DNA of 60,578 nucleotides, filler included, from Perkinsus olseni (GCA_013115125.1; 9 parts of 9 records of this genome joined end to end with filler, not necessarily neighbours in it), one strand, 5' to 3'; positions 1 to 11,013 are shown, counted from the whole stretch's first letter. Notes: generated by a model from the sequence alone, not told the origin. Numbers and translations: made by a program.

Positions 1-51
1 AGAGCCCAGTGGATTTCTAGTCCACCTCCTTAACCACTCGGACACGCTGTC
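1..51 (-). tRNA. tRNA-Ser(AGA), 3' part cut off by window start
   Basis: Reverse complement GACAGCGTGTCCGAGTGGTTAAGGAGGTGGA-CT-AGA-AA-TCCAC-TGGGCTCT; identical to the complete tRNA at 722-803 except the first anticodon base. Confidence 0.85.
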
Positions 52-169
52 TCTGTCGCGGCGAGGATTATAGCATTGAGTTCGCGGAGCTTAGTCGTAT
101 TCGCAGTGCTGGGGAATTCAGACTCATAGACTCGAACACTCAATCAATAAGTCACAGTGGCCGCACCAA

Positions 170-251
170 CGACACTTGGGAGATTCGACCCCTCGCGGGC
201 AAAGCCCAACGGCTTAGCAGGCCGCCGCCTTAACCACTCGGCCAAAGTATC
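170..251 (-). tRNA. tRNA-Ser(GCT), T-arm slightly degenerate
   Basis: 82 nt; acceptor GATACTT/AAGTGTC+G; D-arm GCCGAGTGGTTAAGGC; anticodon arm GCGGC-CT-GCT-AA-GCCGT; long variable arm; T-loop GTCGAAT instead of TTCGAAT and one T-stem mismatch. Confidence 0.8.
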
Positions 252-721
252 ACATGAGGCTATATCTAGCAACCAACCGAGGCAGCAGCAGCTTTGCTCG
301 AGGAATTTGGTTGCTCCCGAGAAGCAGTTGAGGGGCAATCAATTTGCACTATCTTGAAACGCGAGTTGTAGTTTCTGGCAGAGAGCCGCCAAACTTAACT
401 GTATATTTTCGGGGACTGTGGATCCTGAGAGAAAGTCGGGAGATGAAGGAGTCGTCGGTAGAGTTTCGTTTGATTGTTTCCATGCCTCCCTCTTTCCGCG
501 CTTCTAACTCCTCATGCTCTCGCCCGCTAGAAGCGTCTCCGTTTGTCACGTGGCGCGTATGGTGATCACTGAGGGAGCAGCCCTGGCGGACAGCCGGGAA
601 GAGTGAGTTCACCCGGGAAGCTCATCAGAGGTAGAGGGCCGGCATCAGAGGATAGGCATCATAGCAACCTGCCAAGGGAATGTTGTCAAATACTCGTACA
701 TCTCCTGGTGATATTTCGATA

Positions 722-803
722 CGACAGCGGCAGGATTCGAACCTGCGCGGGCAGAGCCCAGTGGATTTCAAGTCCACCTCCTTAACCACTCGGACACGCT
801 GTC
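722..803 (-). tRNA. tRNA-Ser(TGA)
   Basis: 82-nt canonical cloverleaf: GACAGCG/CGCTGTC+G acceptor, GTGGA-CT-TGA-AA-TCCAC anticodon arm, long variable arm, GCAGG-TTCGAAT-CCTGC T-arm. Confidence 0.95.
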
Positions 804-921
804 TCTGTCACGACGAGGATTATAGCATTGAGTTCGCAGAGCTTAGTCATATTGGCAGTGCTGGGGAACTCCGACTCATAGACTCGAACACTCAATCAAC
901 AAGTCACAGTGGTCGCACCAA

Positions 922-990
922 CGACACCTGAGGGATTCGAACCCTCGCGGGCAGAGCCCTATGGCTTAGCAGGCCGCTGGCCAAAGTGTC
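922..990 (-). pseudogene. tRNA-Ser(GCT) copy lacking the D-arm (13-nt deletion)
   Basis: Paralog of 170-251 missing GAGTGGTTAAGGC; acceptor stem, variable arm and T-arm intact; one mismatch in anticodon stem. Confidence 0.8.
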
Positions 991-2453
991 ATATTGGGCC
1001 GAATCTGGCAACCATCCGAGTAAGCAGCAGCATTGCTCGAGGAATTTGGTTGCTTTCAAGAACCAGTTGAGGGGCAATCGATTCCCACTGTCGCTCTGGG
1101 ATTCTTCGCAAATGCAGAGAGAGAGTCAGATTCCGACTTCAAAATGAGGAAAGTGCGCGACGAAACCCGGATATACCCTGAATTATGAGTTAGCAATTCC
1201 CTCGTCTTTCCTACCAGGGTGTGAAGAGGCTGGCTGATTGAGAACGCCCGCGCTCTGCCATCTAGAATCCTATCTGTGACCTGTTGTCTTCGCATCATCA
1301 ACGATTGTTCCTCACTGGGGTTCCCTGTGGGGGACAATCGAACTAATACAGTTTCCACAGTTTCCATGATTTTTGCCCATAACTCGCGACTCGCGATCCG
1401 TTTGGTGTGCGTTTGGGTTTCATATTCGCTTTGGTTGAAAAGAAATAATTCGTACGCACGCACGCACACCCGACCTGACATAATAAAGTTCCCCTCGCTC
1501 CGCAATAAAGGTAGCAGGCAAACATGACGTACGCAATGTAGAAAGTTTATACATTGTATACGTGAAGCTTGCCTGCTGCATTGATCGTCTGCTCATAATT
1601 GCGAGAAAGAGAAGCACGGTAGAAAATCGGACCACCGTTGCTTGTGGCGCGCTATTTGCACCTAGCACGCTGGTCTCTTTGAGTAGTAAGGTAGCTCTAG
1701 CCCACGGCTAGCTTGGGCTAGAGCTTCCCTAGATCAGTGCAAGTACAATTTCAGGCTCGAATCGTTCTGTCGTGAGAAGAAGAACCCCGGAGTCCCACTC
1801 GATTCCAACTTCTCCGGCTTCAAGCCATCGAACAAATCACGTGCAGCACGTGGAACGCCACACATGATTGGACACTCGTACAGGCCCGTCTTGCGGCCTA
1901 AAATATGAAGCACTTGACGGTGTTGAAATGAGACAAGAAATCTGGGTTTCGGGTCCGTACTTGTGGTGACTTTCTTTCAGCGGATGAACGAGTAGTTTAT
2001 CTAGGTTAAAACCGGCGCGGAGAGATGCCGTGTTATATTGTGCGCACAGCGGGACACCTAGTGTCCCGACTGTGCCTCCCACGCTAGCAAGCTAGTACGC
2101 CGACTACCGGCTTGAGTTATCAGGTGCTTGATAACGGCTCGGAAGTCGAGCGTCGTCTTCTTGACTCTCTCTTCAGAAGAGACTCTTCTTTTTTTTAAAC
2201 CGAGGTCTTCGAGAGGCAACTTGTGCCTGCCGAACCGCGATTGCCACTTCAAGTGGCCCACTTGCAGCATCGCCTTCGGCCTCGGCACAGTTTGCCTTCG
2301 CGTTACCCTCGCTACCGTCGTGAGGTCCTGTCGACCTTTCTGACGCTAGCGCGGTACCGCGCCTCGCCCCATCTCGGAGACCAGAGGTTTTACTTAGCGT
2401 CTCTGCGAGACATTCCCCATATACTTCGCGGCAACCCCCGCTGTGCGTCGGCG

Positions 2454-2479
2454 CACGGTGCGCCAAAAATTAGAGTGTC
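2454..2479 (+). repeat. Left terminal inverted repeat of Transib-like element
   Basis: CACGGTG-CGCCAAAAATTAGAGTGTC versus right end (reverse complement) CACGGTGGCGCCAAATATTAAAGTGCC: 3 mismatches and 1 gap. Confidence 0.85.
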
Positions 2480-2711
2480 CTAAGATAAAAACGCCATACG
2501 TAAGAGCATCTCCTGAGCTTATTGAAAAAAAAAATCAGATTGATATTCGAAGTCAGTGGCTCAAACTTGCTCGACTAAGGCTGCGTCGCAGCCGCTGCGA
2601 AAACTTGCGCTACGAAGACTCCCAAATCCCCCTCGCTCACCCGTGTTTTGAACACAACGCTTGCGATCGAGTGGAAATATATGATACAGGAGGTCGAATT
2701 GTATAGTGCAG

Positions 2712-4183
2712 TTAGTTCTCCTCATCATCCCCGCTCAAATCTACATACTCCGAGCTGGCTGACTTGCTACCAGTAGCACTAGAAACACCCGAGACTCCAC
2801 TTGCAGGCAACCATTCTGCGACCTGAGGCGATCTCCGCAACGGCTTGCGAGCTCGCTTAGTTGCCAACTCCTCCAATGGAGGAGTCGTAGAGACGGCCAA
2901 ACTTTCCCTGTCAGCTTCATCCGGCTCCGGGGCATGTTGCCAGTTCCACAGGCTCAGCTGCTTAAGTAAGTCGTCTTTAAGCTGCGATCTCTTAATAACT
3001 ATATTGACCTGGGAATGGATCCGTTCTGCAAGCTCCTCAGTTAACAGTCCTAAGCCATGGTTACTGTAAGGAGCGTAGAGCTCGGCACCATGAACCACTA
3101 ATAGGTGTATCACGAGGCTGGGGTTGCAGCCCCCTGCAACATATTCTTTGCCGAATTTCTCTATGGAAGCTTGGACTTGCGAGTCCGAATTCGGACTCAT
3201 CAGCGCCTCCCTCACCTGCTTAGCAGCCCTTGTAATACCACAAGCCTCGATACCCTTCGGGAATTGTGAGAGCTCTCCCTCTATCGCATCAACCTTTTCC
3301 AGTAGAAGCTTACAGTCTTTCCCCGAGAAGGCCATAATGTTGGTTTTCTCAAGAGTGCTACCAGCTATGGGCTTTGTCGGGGCAACTTGTTCTGCAGCAA
3401 TCCTCCTTGTTCATCTCGTGATGCCCCACTCCGAATCATGTTGTCGAAGATGTTGCGACAAATTCCCATTAATATATGCATCCAGGGCAAAATCGGTGAC
3501 CCACTCGGTACCAACGGTAGGTATTTCTGTCCGTTAACATGAGCCGGAGGGCGCTTCAATCGCTCGCATTTCTCTTGATAATCCGCTACCCATTCTTCCG
3601 CACAGTCCCACCGGTCAGCCGAACGACTCAGAGCGAACACATTACGGCCCCCACGCTTCCCTTCTACAACCCCGCAAAGCCAGCACGCATTAGCAGAAGA
3701 ACCAACCAGGAACTGCAGCTGCCTAGTGTCACTGCTATACCTCAGGGCGAACCTAGCAGTAAGAGGCTCTAGCTCCTTCACGATAACCTCACTAACAGCC
3801 CTGGAATCCTTGTCCCCGTGCAGAAGTACAAGGCAACCATGCCCCCCTGTGATAACATGCGGCCTCACCACAACCTTAGTTGTGCCCCCACCGTAATCCG
3901 AGCCCTACAACAAGTATATATACCGAACTTGTACAACTGGTAGTCGTAGGGATATCAAAGTGCTGGCATACGAAACGTAGCATGTTTTTCGCCACAGCAT
4001 AATTTCCCCGGAGGCAAAAATAATTTTTGAAAAATTATACTTATACTCCGAGAACGAGGCTCGGATAGCCGCTCTACGCGGAAACAGAGTAGACCGAGAA
4101 TCACGATTGATATCACTAGCAAGCCGCTCGACCTTGCGCTGAGACAGACTTAACTCAGATGCATACAGCTTCACCCTGGACAT
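2712..4183 (-). pseudogene. Transib/RAG1-core-like DDE transposase, disrupted
   Basis: ORFs 3905-4183 and 3365-3871 are in one frame separated by TAG (LL*GSDYGGGTTK), followed by a frameshift near 3410 into 2712-3335. Motifs in order: D(3896-3898), SSD(3728-3730), CWLC, PWMHILMGI, FSGKDC, IHLLVVHG, GLGLLTEELAE(3024-3026)RIH. The frame stays open upstream to ~4325; true start uncertain. Confidence 0.8.
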
Positions 4184-4451
4184 CTCTACCGTGACTGTCG
4201 AAGCGCAGCTTTCCTGTGATGGCTTCAGAAGGTGTAGGACGCCTTGCTGTTCGGCCAGCCGCTCAAAGAACCGCGCCTTATCGTGCTGGTTCAGGAACTG
4301 ATTCAGTTCAACTGAAGGCTCTAAAATTCCTTAATTGAGTTTGTCGGCGACAAATTGTCGCCAAGTTGGCGACGCCAACCCTCATCGACACTGCCTCTAG
4401 AGAGCTTGAATTAACGATTCAATTCGGCCACAACGATTCAATTAACAATTC

Positions 4452-4478
4452 GGCACTTTAATATTTGGCGCCACCGTG
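4452..4478 (-). repeat. Right terminal inverted repeat of Transib-like element
   Basis: Reverse complement CACGGTGGCGCCAAATATTAAAGTGCC; short subterminal repeats (aacgattcaatt x2, aattcggc x2) lie just inside. Confidence 0.85.
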
Positions 4479-4911
4479 CGGCGTCACGTGCAAGTCAGCG
4501 TGGCTCTCCCTGGTACACGATTAATTCGTGGGGAATGTTAGTGAATTCCTCGAGTAGTGTATACACTATGGGATTTCGAGTGTGCACTATAGTGACAACC
4601 ACCTTCATTGCTGCTGCTGCGTAAACATATTTCTCCCAGTGCGCTTTTGCTCGTTGTGCGCCTGTTTGTGCCAGCAATAGCGTGCATTCCTCGTCATGCA
4701 ATTGAACATACGTCCACCCTTGCTTCAAGACGAGATCAGTTTCCTCATCTGCTGAGCCTTGTCTCAGATAGCCGCAGTGCAAGTGTAGCTGCGCGTGCGT
4801 GTGCATTTTTTCCCGCCGGAGCCCTCGCTCTTGCTATCTGATTGCCGAGTTTAAGGATGTAACCCATGTCTGCACAGTTATATTCGGACCTCCCGCCCGG
4901 TAACGTGTCAG

Positions 4912-5694
4912 ATGTCCTTCTACTCCATCGTGGTTACCTCAATTGCTGCACTCACAAGCGGTGGTTCTCCTCTCCAACCAGGGAAATATTGCTCGGAGTA
5001 CCTCCATGGCAAGGGAGATAATCTCTTGTACGAGTCTTGCCTGTACTTCGAGCTTGGCCCCTCGACCGCCAAGATCGACTATCTGAACTACCTGAACCTC
5101 CACTATTTCACTTTCCGCTACGATAATGTTACCTTCGAGGATGATACTTTTATTCTGAAGCGTCATGGCCACACCGAGGGTCAAGAGTTGTATCCCTACT
5201 TCGACGTTGGCTTCGACGTCAAGGTGTCGACTGAGACTCCTGCTGTCGTGAAGATGGTTACTAAAGATGAAAAGCATGTATATGAGCTCACTACCAAGTC
5301 GTGTGAGAGACCAAAGGATCGAAAATGCATCGACCCGATCGACCACAGGATGAGAAGGCTTGGAGAATCGGCTTCCACGGGAACGAAGCCGCCACATGTG
5401 GAATACGCCGCCCTTTTGAGACCTGACCATCACGCATTCTATTTCATGGCAAACTAGTCAGGTCCTGATGATAACTTTGCCGATGTCTTTGACGCCAGTA
5501 CCGGTAACAGCGTGTGGTACAGCTCCGGTGTTTCAAGGAAGGCAGGAACTGGGGAGGTATTTGCTTTTGATCCTCCCTACACCTCGATGCTCTATAAGGT
5601 CTCCGCCGAGTTCGTCTTCGACCCCGTGCGGCACGTGGTGACCTTCGTTCCCACTAACAAGTCACTGCGAAGGATCGAAGGCCACCGTCAATGA
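4912..5694 (+). CDS. Lineage-specific secreted protein interrupted by an in-frame TAG at 5455-5457 (possible pseudogene)
   Basis: Signal-peptide-like N-terminus followed by PGKYC; the same frame continues past the TAG into ORF 5512-5694. Confidence 0.6.
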
Positions 5695-6592
5695 CAAGCC
5701 TGAGAACTTTCTCTTTCGCCTGATTTTTCGCACTTCTGGTGCATTCAATAGTGAGCACGATTCATGACGCCTGGCCGTCTAGCATCCTCCGCTGTGGAAA
5801 AGGTATCTAGCTGGTGAGGTATCCCGCTTCCTTTGCTTAGTCGTGCTCATGATGCTGTTAGCGAGTTACGCTCATTTTTCTCTTCGGTATCAACCTGTAC
5901 CGTTAGCATATCACATAGTTCTTTTCAATCAGTTTCGGTCGATCATCACATTATTGAAGTCATTGTGTAAGATTCCCCTAGGAGAATAGTAGGACCGTCG
6001 TCGGGCGAAGAGGTGTCTCCCCTCTCGTCAACGAGGTTCACCTGCAGCTCAAGTATTTTGTGAGTTCAACTCATAGTATCGCTTCTTTTTGCACATGATC
6101 TGATACTCAAACTTCGAGCATCTCGGTGATTTTACTTCCGAGAGTGCTTCGAAATCTGGAATTCATGTTGCGTTGCGAGAGTTAGTCTCATCACGTGACA
6201 TTCCCGGGCTTGATGAACGAGGCCTTTCCAACAGACTCAACTGATCCTCCAAAGAAAGGTACGTCGATGCTAGTCGAACTAAGCCGTACTGTCGGCGTTG
6301 GAATAGAAGCCCACACACACGTAACGTAGGATCCTGAGACTTGTTCGACCTGGTTCAGGAAACTATTTCAGCAAGAGAAACTGTTGGTAACCAGGGTTCC
6401 TGACAGGAATTTCCTGTATATGACATCCGTTTACCGCTGTCTTCGACTCGAGAGATTCGAAGAGGACCGTCATTGAGAGCCTCGCCGCCCGCGTGGCCGT
6501 ATTTTTCGTGATTCTGGGTAAAATTTAAAGTGTATATTCTATTATTATTTGGCAACTTTTTCGAGCCTATTTCCCTGTTCTCGCCTACCACC

Positions 6593-6684
6593 GTCAAGGC
6601 CCGTTCCCTTGTTCGGAACCCCCTGCCTCTCGGCGCGGACAGTTGGTCGGGAGTGTGGGAGAGGACCAAGCACTGTGAACCCGA
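6593..6684 (-). repeat. Partial copy of structured repeat, cut by gap
   Basis: Reverse complement matches 7779-7870 at 88 of 92 positions. Confidence 0.9.
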
Positions 6685-6728
6685 NNNNNNNNNNNNNNNN
6701 NNNNNNNNNNNNNNNNNNNNNNNNNNNN

Positions 6729-6740
6729 TTAATTAATTAA
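6729..6740. other. Artificial scaffold linker TTAATTAATTAA inside N-run (also at 13501, 20256, 27005, 33749, 40481, 47199, 53916)
   Basis: Identical 12-mer with stops in all six frames flanked by Ns; spacings 6772, 6755, 6749, 6744, 6732, 6718, 6717 fall monotonically, as expected for size-sorted scaffolds. Confidence 0.97.
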
Positions 6741-6784
6741 NNNNNNNNNNNNNNNNNNNNNNNNNNNNNNNNNNNNNNNNNNNN

Positions 6785-7281
6785 GTTCAGGAGAGGTGTA
6801 CTACGCTAATTGTACCACAGGAGAGTCGGCGTGGGAGAGACCGACGAGGATGCAAGCGGACTGGGCGGAGCATTTCTCTCCTGAAGGGGATAAATACTAT
6901 TTTAACGAGGTGAAGTTATTAGCTCTCCTAGAATTCGACGACCGGCGGCCCCTCTCGCCGTTTAGTGGCCTTAGTTTCTTATTATTTCTCGCGCATCCGT
7001 AGGCGGACGAAGTAGCTTCAAGAGATTTGTGTATCGACGCCCGTCTGCGGCTGGAGATGGAGCGCGGTCTTTGCTGTCAGGCGACCGGCCTATCGACCTG
7101 GACGAGACCGGTTCTGTCACGTCCAACTCGAGACAGGCGAAGATCTGCGGGGTCTGATGGTTCGGCAGTGAGTGAGCTGCGGCGAACGCTCGGAGCCACA
7201 TTGGGAGGAGAGGACTGGGCGGATTGGAGACGCATTAAGGCGGACGACGGGGGAGTGTATTACTACAATGTCAAGACGAAG
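6785..7281 (+). CDS. Multi-exon WW-domain protein (partial, three WW domains)
   Basis: Exon peptides VYYANCTTGESAWERP, WAEHFSPEGDKYYFNE|ATGLSTWTRP and WRRIKADDGGVYYYNVKTK; 5' end lies in the gap, 3' end unresolved. Confidence 0.8.
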
Positions 7282-7656
7282 GCGACTGCTGTAGGGAGAC
7301 GTAGATAAGGGCGGCGTTCTCTCAGTTGGGAGAGTCGCGCGATGTTTAATCGAAATATGCAGTAAATGGAAATTTGCCATCTTACGGGAGTTGAACATGC
7401 TGAGGTTCCGGTGGCGTCCGGTTGGGGAATCCGCTCCCCTAGAGAATAATCTTTCTCAATATACTTTTTCATATCGCACTATTGAGTGAAAGTCTCGCGA
7501 GAGAGCGAGTTGAAGCAAGTGCACGAATGATGGAAGAATGGGAGTGTTCCGGTACCGCTACCGCATTGTACCGGCGTACTAGGGCTTCCATAGCCATAGA
7601 GCGTGACAAGTCTCCCTGCGATTGCTGACTTGCCACTGTCTTTTTTTCTGCATCAA

Positions 7657-7870
7657 GTTGGTTGGGGGACACTAACGCATGCCGAGTTACCGTGGATCGT
7701 ACCTGGTGGCATGGTTAGTGTGACCAAGCTTACACTGGGGCTCGAGGCCCGAGGTAAGACCCTGAAAGGGTTCGGGCCTCGGGTTCACAGTGCTTGGTCC
7801 TCGCCCACACTCCCGACCAACCGTCCGCGCCGAGAGGCAGGGGGTTCCGAATGAGGGAACGGGCCTTGAC
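7657..7870 (+). repeat. Dispersed, highly structured repeat (putative ncRNA or retroelement end)
   Basis: Nested stems (GTTGGTTGGGGG/CTCCCGACCAAC, ACACTAAC/GTTAGTGT, CATGCC/GGCATG, GACCAAGC/GCTTGGTC, CTCGAGGCCCGA/TCGGGCCTCGGG) and GAAA/GAGA tetraloops; second copy at 6593-6684. Confidence 0.6.
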
Positions 7871-8698
7871 TGTGATTTCCTGCCGCAGTCATCAGCAGAC
7901 CGTTTGAATGGCTATATCGCCACAAATTTCATGATGCATATTTTCTCAGTGGAACGTACCAGCCTCCGTGCTCTCAAGGGCGCCTGACCCTCCGCCGGGA
8001 TGGACGAAGATTGCGGATGGTGGCTATGGCGATAAAGAGTTTTACTACTGGAACGAAGCGACCGACGAGGTTACTAGTTGAGCACTCTCTCCGGTGGTGA
8101 TTCTGGGTCGTAGGTAACCTGGGACTTTCCACTGCCGTTTTACGAGGAGCAGGATGAGGTCGCGGCTTCTGCCGATGCTTGAGAGACCTGCTGATTGCGT
8201 TGTTTGTGTCCATGTTACTCGATGTGCTCACTTAGTGGTTGAGGTGTCTCGTGTTGCACAGTTTGAGGAGGGACGCTGTATTACGCTCCGCCTGAGCAGT
8301 GCAGTCTGGGTAATTGCTAGATTTCAAAGATCTATCTCACAAGCTCCCTTTGGCAAGAAGACTGCAAGACAGTGATAGCATGTGTAGCATGTGTCGCGGA
8401 CACGAAGGATATTCACAGAATTCCTCGGGTCCTACGAACCGTCCAAAAGCCCGCATGATAGTCCTTACTTCGCTCGTCTTGAGAAGGCGCAGGAAGCTCA
8501 GCACACGTAGGGTTACGAACCTGCACTGTCGCTCGCCCTTGTGCAAGTGGGACAGTTTGGCAGTTTCGTCTTTGACTTGTTCATTCCTGTGCATGCGTGC
8601 TGTAAATCTCGATTTACTCTAAAAGCTGGTGACGTCTTCGGTAGTAAATTCGTCAGTGTATTTGATCGGTAACAGGAGCTGTTGCTTTGTCTCTCGTC

Positions 8699-9109
8699 AT
8701 GTATACCTTCCTCGCCTTCGTCGCTCTTACCTCTGTCTTCTATCAAGTTGATGCTGGATCTGCCTTGGTGATCGCTGAGAAGCTCCTGGGTGCTGATGGT
8801 GGCTACTGCCAGCGTATCTGTGATGAACGTCCTGAATGTATCTTCAGCTACTGTGGTGATGATAACAAGTGCCACAACCTGGGTTCGGCTGACACGAACG
8901 AAGTTGTTCCCTGTGGTGCCACGGCCACGTCGTTCGACAGCTGCACGTCTGCCTGTGACTCCGTACCTGATTGTGCTTCGAGTACTTGGAAGTCCTTCTG
9001 CAAGACTTGGCTTGACACGCCCGTCTGTTTTGGCCTACTGAAGAATGCCAACGGTTTGTGTTATGAGGCTACACCTGGCTGCACTGGTACTGCCTATGCT
9101 TGCCCTTAA
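8699..9109 (+). CDS. Secreted Cys-rich protein (136 aa, 14 Cys), copy 1
   Basis: Signal peptide MYTFLAFVALTSVFYQVDA; two related Cys modules; near-identical paralog at 11990-12400. Confidence 0.88.
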   Translation: MYTFLAFVALTSVFYQVDAGSALVIAEKLLGADGGYCQRICDERPECIFSYCGDDNKCHNLGSADTNEVVPCGATATSFDSCTSACDSVPDCASSTWKSFCKTWLDTPVCFGLLKNANGLCYEATPGCTGTAYACP

Positions 9110-10006
9110 TTATGGATTGGCATTATCGCCTCTCAACAGCTAGCCCGCGGAAGTTATTTTCAAAAAGTTTTTTGTGGTGAAGTCTTGGAGGTCATTATTC
9201 TGTTCTTTTACACTCGAAGTGTTACTGATTATTTCACTGCTGTCTCTTGCTAAAGTATAAAGGAAAATATGGTTAATCTTTTTCTGCATACGAGTATTTG
9301 TGTTAGTCTGGAGACGAGAAAGTTACCTTTTGAGGGGTCATGTCACCGATGATTTCAATCATCATAAATGAATCAGTCTCTTACGGGCTTGGTTGTTGTA
9401 GCGTCAGTCGTAGCGACAGGGTTGGACTTTAACGGGCACGGATCTTTCTGCGCGCGTAATATCTGAAAGGACGATTCGCTGACTGCGAGCCTCCTGCGTG
9501 AAATTGCAACCAGTCGCACACCGATTGCAATGGGGAGCGCGGTATTCTTGGGCGCGCTCAAAGAAGTAGCTCGAGAATCAATTCCGGCCCGGAAATTCAT
9601 TTCCGGGAGATGTTGCATGAACTACCGGAACAGACCTTGACGATACCCCGCTCTTGTTGTGTAGGTTTGGTGTCCAAATCAACCTTCTGGCTATTTTGAG
9701 GCTGATTATTTCAAGTGTGCGAACTCGGTTTAAAGATTCACCATTCGACAGCTGGCCACCCACGGAACACGTCGCCTGATAGTTCTCCATTATGTTGCTG
9801 GCTTATCAAGAGGCTGCCAAGTAGTGGAGAACAAAACATTCTTGTTTTCGCCATCTTGATTCCAGCCATTGATCTACTGTCTCGACATAACCAAACAGTT
9901 TAGCTTAAGTGCAGCCCCTCATCGGAGAAAGATAGTATCAGCACAAACAGCGTTACAGTTTGGTGGGATAATCCCCTTGGGATTCGACAGCTCTCTCCGT
10001 TCTTCC

Positions 10007-11013
10007 ATGCCCTTCCATCCGAGCTGTGTAGTCCTCCTGTCGGTTATCGCCGGTACCGTGGCCTTGGGAAGTTCGAATGACCGCTATGAACTTTTCTGGG
10101 CTCTCAAAAGACGCGGAGTAAGCCCCTACTATGTGTTGTTCCGTCTTGCCTTTCTCTCCTGACGATGATAGTATAGGGGACATACGAGTGCATTTACTGA
10201 TTTCATTGCGAGTTATTGCTCGCTTATCTCCGGCTATACTGTTAAACTCCGATGGGATCATGCTATCTTCGGATGTTGTCTCAGATATATATCGAGGAAG
10301 AAATGTCAGGGTGTAAGATCCGAAACTATGCTCCTCTCGAGCCTATGGAATTCACCTTCAAGATGAATTGGAAGGATGAGAAAACCCGGCCCGGACCGCC
10401 AGGAGAAGTCTCGTACACTTTTCTTCAAGATCTCAATAATGAACGGAAATATAAATTGTAAGTTTACGGGACTTCAAGATGTCACACCGTGTGACTCACA
10501 CGTGCTCGCTCGATTATGACACATGAAGCCGATGAATTAACGCCACTCCTGCTTTTTCTCAGCGAGAAGAAATGGGCACATTACGAGCTCTATAGAGGTG
10601 CTATGGNNNNNNNNNNNNNNNNNNNNNNNNNNNNNNNNNNNNNNNNNNNNNNNNNNNNNNNNNNNNNNNNNNNNNNNNNNNNNNNNNNNNNNNNNNNNNN
10701 NNNCTAACGATACTTTATAGACGACGAGGACTGGGAAGAGATGAGAGATGCTGGGTTGTTGCCGCTGGGGCATCTTTCATCGGAGACTCTCAAAATTTTA
10801 GAAGAAAACGCCGCTTTCCTCTCGTACATAACCATAGACGAGGAGGGTTGTGCCCGCATTGTGGAGGCGATTATCAATGATCCCCCGCCGGGATACGAGA
10901 AGTATAAGGGCAGCAGCGAATGGATACTCAAATTCCACCGAGACCATGACGACGAATTAACAGAACGAATTCAAAAACAAGAAGAAAAGAAGAGAAGAAA
11001 CATGCGAAATTGA
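10007..11013 (+). CDS. Multi-exon hypothetical secreted protein (internal gap)
   Basis: MPFHPSCVVLLSVIAGTVALG signal-like start; GTAAG donors near 10118 and 10458; protein-like exons ~10283-10457 and 10704-11013. Confidence 0.55.

Larger units (their letters stand above)
1..1079. repeat. Duplicated tRNA-Ser pair unit (offset 752 bp)
   Basis: 1-340 aligns to 753-1079, including inter-tRNA spacer and downstream flank (e.g. gaggattatagcattgagttcgc, gctcgaggaatttggttgct). Confidence 0.9.
2454..4478 (-). mobile_element. Transib/RAG1-like cut-and-paste DNA transposon, full boundaries
   Basis: Imperfect TIRs both starting CACGGTG; identical 5-bp TSD CGGCG at 2449-2453 and 4479-4483; internal DDE transposase with CxxC and HxxxxH. 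Confidence 0.88.

Noticed and set aside
144-931. Short ORFs over the tRNA cluster
   Set aside because: Translations of tRNA genes and spacers
7795-7860. HDV-like ribozyme (TGG-TCCTCGC-CCA)
   Set aside because: No matching P1 or P2 partners, no GG for P1.1, and the second copy changes the loop
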